Source: Pseudorhodobacter sp. (GTDB taxonomy: Bacteria > Pseudomonadota > Alphaproteobacteria > Rhodobacterales > Rhodobacteraceae). From it: DNA of 32,180 nucleotides. The notes beneath the pieces were generated by a model. It did not search any database and was not told the DNA's origin. It was given only the letters and a program-made list of their open reading frames with translations. The stretch lies in NCBI GenBank assembly GCA_014378345.1, contig JACMNW010000052.1:1-32180 (forward strand), read 5' to 3'. A program made the position numbers and the translations under genes. The number at the start of each line of letters is the position of its first letter. The first letter of the stretch is position 1. This document shows positions 28,015 to 32,180 of the stretch, piece by piece.

Positions 28015-28926
28015 TTAATGCGCAGGCTTGATGAACGTCCCATTGCGCAATTCGGCCATCGCCTGTTGCAGTTCTGCTTGCGTGTTCATTACGATCGGGC
28101 CGTGCCACGCCACCGGTTCCTGGATAGGTGCGCCGGAAATCAGCAAGAACCGAATGCCGTCGGGCCCCGCCTGAACGGTCACTTCGTCGCCGGTGCCAAA
28201 CTGTATCAGCGTGCGGTCGCCCGAAAGGTCGCGAATATTGACTTCTTCGCCGCGCACTTCCTTTTCCAGCAGCACACCGCGGGGACGGCTTGCGTCGCGA
28301 AATGTGCCTGTGCCATCAAAAATGTAGGCAAATGCGCGGCGGTATGTATCGACCTTGAATACTTTGCGAAGCCCCGGAGGCACGTAAATATCCAGATATT
28401 GCGGATCGGCAGCAATGCCATCCACCGGGCCGGTTTTCCCCCAAAACGACCCGACGATAACCTTCACGACCGTGCCGTCATCGTCCATAATTTCCGGGAT
28501 ATCGCGACCCTTCACGTCTTGATAGCGCGGCGCTGTCATCTTCAGACTTGCAGGCAGGTTTGCCCATAACTGAAAGCCGTGCATCTGACCCTTGGCATTT
28601 CCCTTCGGCATTTCTTGATGCAGAATGCCGCGCCCGGCTGTCATCCACTGCACATCGCCGCCGCGCAGGGTGCCGACATTGCCCAAACTGTCGCCATGAT
28701 CAACTGACCCGGCCAACACATAGGTGATCGTTTCAATCCCCCGGTGGGGATGCCACGGAAACCCGCGATAAAAGTCTTCCGGGCGGTCATTGCGGAAATC
28801 GTCAAACAGCAAGAAAGGATCCATTTGTTCGGGGTTCTGAAACCCAAAAGCGCGGTGCAAATGCACGCCAGCACCCTCCATCGTTGGCATGGCTAGGTTT
28901 TGATGAACGATAGGCCGGATTGACAT
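28015..28926 (-). CDS. Pirin family protein
   Basis: DPFLLFD, GFPWHPHRGIETITY, VQWMTAGRGILHQE, GFQLWANLP and GPIVMNT. Start re-called to ATG 28926, behind AAGGA. Confidence 0.95.
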   Translation of the reverse strand: MSIRPIVHQNLAMPTMEGAGVHLHRAFGFQNPEQMDPFLLFDDFRNDRPEDFYRGFPWHPHRGIETITYVLAGSVDHGDSLGNVGTLRGGDVQWMTAGRGILHQEMPKGNAKGQMHGFQLWANLPASLKMTAPRYQDVKGRDIPEIMDDDGTVVKVIVGSFWGKTGPVDGIAADPQYLDIYVPPGLRKVFKVDTYRRAFAYIFDGTGTFRDASRPRGVLLEKEVRGEEVNIRDLSGDRTLIQFGTGDEVTVQAGPDGIRFLLISGAPIQEPVAWHGPIVMNTQAELQQAMAELRNGTFIKPAH

Positions 28927-29023
28927 GGTCGCTTCCTTTGATGCGGGTGGGTTGCGTTGAAAATAGCCCGCATTCCTGCCCCCATCAATGCCTGCCCATT
29001 GCAGACCTGATGTGCAAATACGC

Positions 29024-29051
29024 AAAAAACCCCAGATTCCACACCCTGGGT
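29024..29051 (-). terminator. Probable intrinsic terminator of the tad minor-pilin operon
   Basis: Minus strand CCCAGG-GTGTGGAA-TCTGGG followed by GTTTTTT, about 30 nt after the last tadE stop. Confidence 0.55.
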
Positions 29052-29080
29052 CTCTTTCGATTTCCTGCCTGCCGTGCGAT

Positions 29081-29650
29081 TTACGTGCAGACCCGTCCTG
29101 TCATGCAGGTCGGGGCCACAAATCGCGGCCGTGTAATGATGAATTGTTTCAGCGTTATCGGGTTCATGCCAATGTTGAATGCAGGAACATAGGGCGTTTC
29201 GGTTTCCACAATCGTGGCATAGTCGGCATCCGACATATTCGGAATGCGCGTCTTCAGGTCTTGCAAAGTTGCGGTGGTCAACTCGGGCAGTTTTAACGCT
29301 GTGGGGCCGGGCGAATAAGACCAGAGCACTTCAAACTGAAGGTTGGTCTGCTTGTAGGTAATGCTGGTGATCCGCATTTTTACGTCTTGATCGCGATCAA
29401 TCAACAGCTCCATAACGTCGCGCAATTTGTCAAAATATGTCATGTCTACGGTTTTCATCTCGCGTGAGATGATATCCGAAATTGTGTAGGATGCTTTTTG
29501 CACGGTATTCATCGACCGGAACGAATCCCAGTACACAAACATCGCCAGAAAAGCCCAAAGCAGCACGGGCAGCACGATCACGGTTTCGGCCATAACTGTA
29601 CCCGTTTCATCACGCGCAAACTGTTTCAGGGTTTGACTTAAGGCAAACAT
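29081..29650 (-). CDS. TadE/TadF-like minor pilin (pseudopilin)
   Basis: Prepilin-type N-terminus FARDETG-TVMAE followed by a hydrophobic helix; ASYTISDIISR and ITRPRF motifs. AAGGAG RBS. Confidence 0.85.
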   Translation of the reverse strand: MFALSQTLKQFARDETGTVMAETVIVLPVLLWAFLAMFVYWDSFRSMNTVQKASYTISDIISREMKTVDMTYFDKLRDVMELLIDRDQDVKMRITSITYKQTNLQFEVLWSYSPGPTALKLPELTTATLQDLKTRIPNMSDADYATIVETETPYVPAFNIGMNPITLKQFIITRPRFVAPTCMTGRVCT

Positions 29651-29661
29651 TTACGCGCTCC

Positions 29662-30201
29662 TTAACTGGGTTCGTTCGAAAACGCAGAGACGGTAACAAT
29701 CTTAATTCCGCCGCCATTTGTCGTTCTGGTAAGGTCCAGACCGATCCCCGTGGTCGGGAACAAAGCATCAACGATGATGCACGCACGAACCAGCATAAGT
29801 TCATTCTCAGCGCCAATTTGTAGGGTCGTGCTAGGCTTTATCGGTAGACTAAGGTCGCGGCATTCCGGGCTGGTTGTGGGCATAATTGCATCGGATGTGC
29901 TGATCTTTTGCAATTCAATCATTATGTTTGCAGCACAATTATTGAACACTACCGTACGGTTGCAGATTTCTGTCTTCAACTTATCTGTAGTCACAGGTGA
30001 TGGGTAATGCCCAAGTCGAAGTTCGCGCATCACAATGTCAACAGATTGTTCCAGCATGATTTTGCGCGTCATGAACAGGCCGCTTTCAAACGACGCCATG
30101 AAAATCATCATCAAAACCGGTATCGCCATCACAAATTCTATAGATGCAACTCCGCCTTCATCGCGCCAAGCGCGCAGAAAGCTTTTGCCAATCCGTTTCA
30201 C
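29662..30201 (-). CDS. TadE-like minor pilin
   Basis: GTG 30201 overlaps the upstream TGA (GTGA). WRDEGG-VASIEF plus TM helix, four Cys, and C-terminal AFSNEP. The ORF-track extension to 30642 lies inside the upstream gene. Confidence 0.87.
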   Translation of the reverse strand: MKRIGKSFLRAWRDEGGVASIEFVMAIPVLMMIFMASFESGLFMTRKIMLEQSVDIVMRELRLGHYPSPVTTDKLKTEICNRTVVFNNCAANIMIELQKISTSDAIMPTTSPECRDLSLPIKPSTTLQIGAENELMLVRACIIVDALFPTTGIGLDLTRTTNGGGIKIVTVSAFSNEPS

Positions 30202-31913
30202 TGGGTCAACCTCAGCTGGCTGATGTTGGTTGCAATGGTGCGGAATGCGTCTTTGATCGTGGTGGGAGAGGATATGAAGAAATACGAAGCGCCGGATGAA
30301 CACTGCGAAATCATCTGTTGCCCAAAAGTGGGCGCATCGAAGGCAATGCCGTAGATCAGCACGTTCGCCTTGGATTTTGCCTGCGAACAGATGGTTTGCA
30401 GTTGCGTGTCCATGGTTGTGGTCGGCGTCAGAGCGCGGAAATTCGTCATCCAGGTCGTGTAGAGACTGGATCTGGTCGACGTGCTGGTGCCAAGCGCGCG
30501 CGCATATAACTGCCATGCCACGTAGCTTACCCGCAGGTCTGTCCACACTTGCTTCCACGGCAGTTGCGTACCGTTGCTCCATTTTGTTGCCGACCAAGCG
30601 CTTGAAACATCGCTGCCATCTATGCACTTGGAGGATGTGCACAGATGAGGCACATAGAACGTTTTAGTTCCCGCACCTGATGGGCGTGTTCCTGTATGCT
30701 GTATCGAGTAGTAGCCATCCGTGGCTTTGTAGATGGGCGACATACCATCTTTGTAATCGGTATTCATCCGTTCTTCGGCGAAGTGTTCACCGTCAGTCAT
30801 CAAAACGATCACTTTCAGCGCTTCGGGATCCGTGTATTCAAATGGACGAACCGCAAACTTAGTTGGAATTGCGCCTGCTCCCGCCAGATCGCTAAACACC
30901 GACCGCGATCCTGGGTCAAGCAGGGTCAGGCCCCATTTCAAACCAGCGTTGATCGATGTTGCACCCGTGGCGACCATACCGTCGATGTAGCTTTGCAATA
31001 AGGTAATGCTGTTGATCGGCGGACGCATTATATTTGCTGTCGTCGGCGTCTGTGGGCCGCACCACCGGTTCCCGGCAACTGGTGCGTTACTGCTGGGCGC
31101 GACATAAGTGGTTGTCGAAGGCACAGTCTGCGAATTGCCGCCGACCCCTGACATTGAAGAATAGGTATCTGCATAAGTGGTGGTCGGCAGTGCCAGGTTA
31201 CGGTCCATCGACGTGGTTGTGTAAACGCTGGATGGCAAGTCAACGCAGGCTGTTCCAGCAATGCCGGTTGGCAGTGTGACATTATACAATGGGGCAATCG
31301 TGGGCCCAAGGTTCACCTGCCCATTGTAGGGCACCAGCCCAATCGAAATACGGTCATCGCCATCGCTTAGCAGTACGGTGTTGACAAATTCTTTGGCTGC
31401 CGATTTCAGGTTGGTGATTTTTGTACCTTGCATCGAACCTGACACGTCAAGCACCAGTGCGATTTCAACGTTGGTGATACGCTGCTCCGCGGTTGATACA
31501 CCGGGGGCGTTTAGAGTGTTAATCCCAATCATGTGCAGGAAAATTGGCTTGGTATCCGCCAACGCCCGAGCGTTAACATTGCGGAAATTCAGACCTTCGG
31601 AAACGGTCACTGACTTCAGGTCTTGGGTCAACCCGGCCTTGGCAAAATAGTCCCGAACCACGGCTTCGGGATTAAGGGTTTGCGACAGGCTGGCTGCGGC
31701 CAAAGTCGATCTGTCCAGCGTGTTTTGCAATGACGTGCGCGTTGTTTCATACCGCATCAGATCAACGGCAAGCCCGCCCATCATGACCATGACAAGGAAC
31801 AACACCAGTGCAAAAACCAGCACTGCCCCGTCTTCATCTTTGGCAAATCGCTTGTGCGCAGCAATAACAGCGCCTCGGAAATCATTGGGAATTGAATTAC
31901 GTTTCAAAATCAT
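30198..31913 (-). CDS. TadG-like pilus protein with von Willebrand A domain
   Basis: FAKDEDG-AVLVF plus TM helix, GLAVD...LQNTLD...LAAA TadG N-terminus, MIDAS LVLDVSGSM, GATS and VLMTDGE. Start is ATG 31913 or 31922. Confidence 0.87.
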   Translation of the reverse strand: MILKRNSIPNDFRGAVIAAHKRFAKDEDGAVLVFALVLFLVMVMMGGLAVDLMRYETTRTSLQNTLDRSTLAAASLSQTLNPEAVVRDYFAKAGLTQDLKSVTVSEGLNFRNVNARALADTKPIFLHMIGINTLNAPGVSTAEQRITNVEIALVLDVSGSMQGTKITNLKSAAKEFVNTVLLSDGDDRISIGLVPYNGQVNLGPTIAPLYNVTLPTGIAGTACVDLPSSVYTTTSMDRNLALPTTTYADTYSSMSGVGGNSQTVPSTTTYVAPSSNAPVAGNRWCGPQTPTTANIMRPPINSITLLQSYIDGMVATGATSINAGLKWGLTLLDPGSRSVFSDLAGAGAIPTKFAVRPFEYTDPEALKVIVLMTDGEHFAEERMNTDYKDGMSPIYKATDGYYSIQHTGTRPSGAGTKTFYVPHLCTSSKCIDGSDVSSAWSATKWSNGTQLPWKQVWTDLRVSYVAWQLYARALGTSTSTRSSLYTTWMTNFRALTPTTTMDTQLQTICSQAKSKANVLIYGIAFDAPTFGQQMISQCSSGASYFFISSPTTIKDAFRTIATNISQLRLTQ

Positions 31914-32180
31914 GCTCTCCATCACTCGTTCATGCGCACCGACCCGACCACCGTCCGGACAGGCGTCCAGAATCTTCAGGTTCAATGCGCTACTAATCGC
32001 CGGGGTAAGGCGGAAATATGGCGGATTGCCGCCGATAGATACGAAATTCGATGTCCGTCGAAACACTTCGTCCCGGCTTGCCTGATTGTTGATTGAACGC
32101 TGACATTGGCTGCAAATCCGACCAACGCGCGGCTGACGTATGCGAGCGGCAAGACAGGCAAGCGCGGCCCAACCTTACGC

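Noticed and set aside
28961..28988. Possible RpoH-type promoter (TTG-N19-CTATTT, minus strand) before pirin
   Set aside because: Spacing and -10 box are both imperfect, too weak to call.
30202..30642. N-terminal extension of the 326-aa ORF 29662..30642
   Set aside because: It overlaps tadG in another frame; the prepilin motif and GTGA coupling place the start at 30201.
31923..32180. Long region upstream of tadG considered as a riboswitch or CtrA-controlled leader
   Set aside because: Only a short GGCGG/CCGCC hairpin is visible, with no recognisable riboswitch or TTAA-N7-TTAA motif, and the region is cut by the window edge.

Overview
Mostly core-genome chromosome of an alphaproteobacterium, most likely Rhodobacteraceae/Paracoccaceae (inferred from protein families and gene order; no database search was possible). 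From left to right: a glutamine-synthetase-like ligase and an N-formylglutamate amidohydrolase, divergent from an RpiR regulator (probable gamma-glutamylation amine-catabolism locus); then ghrA-like dehydrogenase, DUF1345, the mreBCD-mrdA-rodA elongasome operon and leuA. Next come an SDR plus FeS-cluster cryptochrome/photolyase pair, an exported MORN-repeat protein, nadE, a decayed EEP-family pseudogene, a DUF4153-like membrane protein, and an H-NOX plus HNOBA-GGDEF pair. The right end holds a lytic transglycosylase, tRNA-Glu, recJ, glpX, hom, a small lipoprotein, pirin and a tadG-tadE-tadE minor-pilin cluster. No mobile element or CRISPR array was seen. The most notable signals are: (1) a probably leaderless Leu-rich leader peptide upstream of leuA, absent from the ORF track, with a pseudoknot-capable RNA element and an 11-nt tandem repeat that sets the frame of the Leu codons; (2) an H-NOX lacking all canonical heme ligands, paired with an sGC-like diguanylate cyclase; (3) an RpoH2-type promoter before the SDR-photolyase pair; (4) a hidden 9+9 duplication in the MORN array; (5) a pseudogene with two frameshifts and two internal deletions; (6) a putative RpiR operator repeat.
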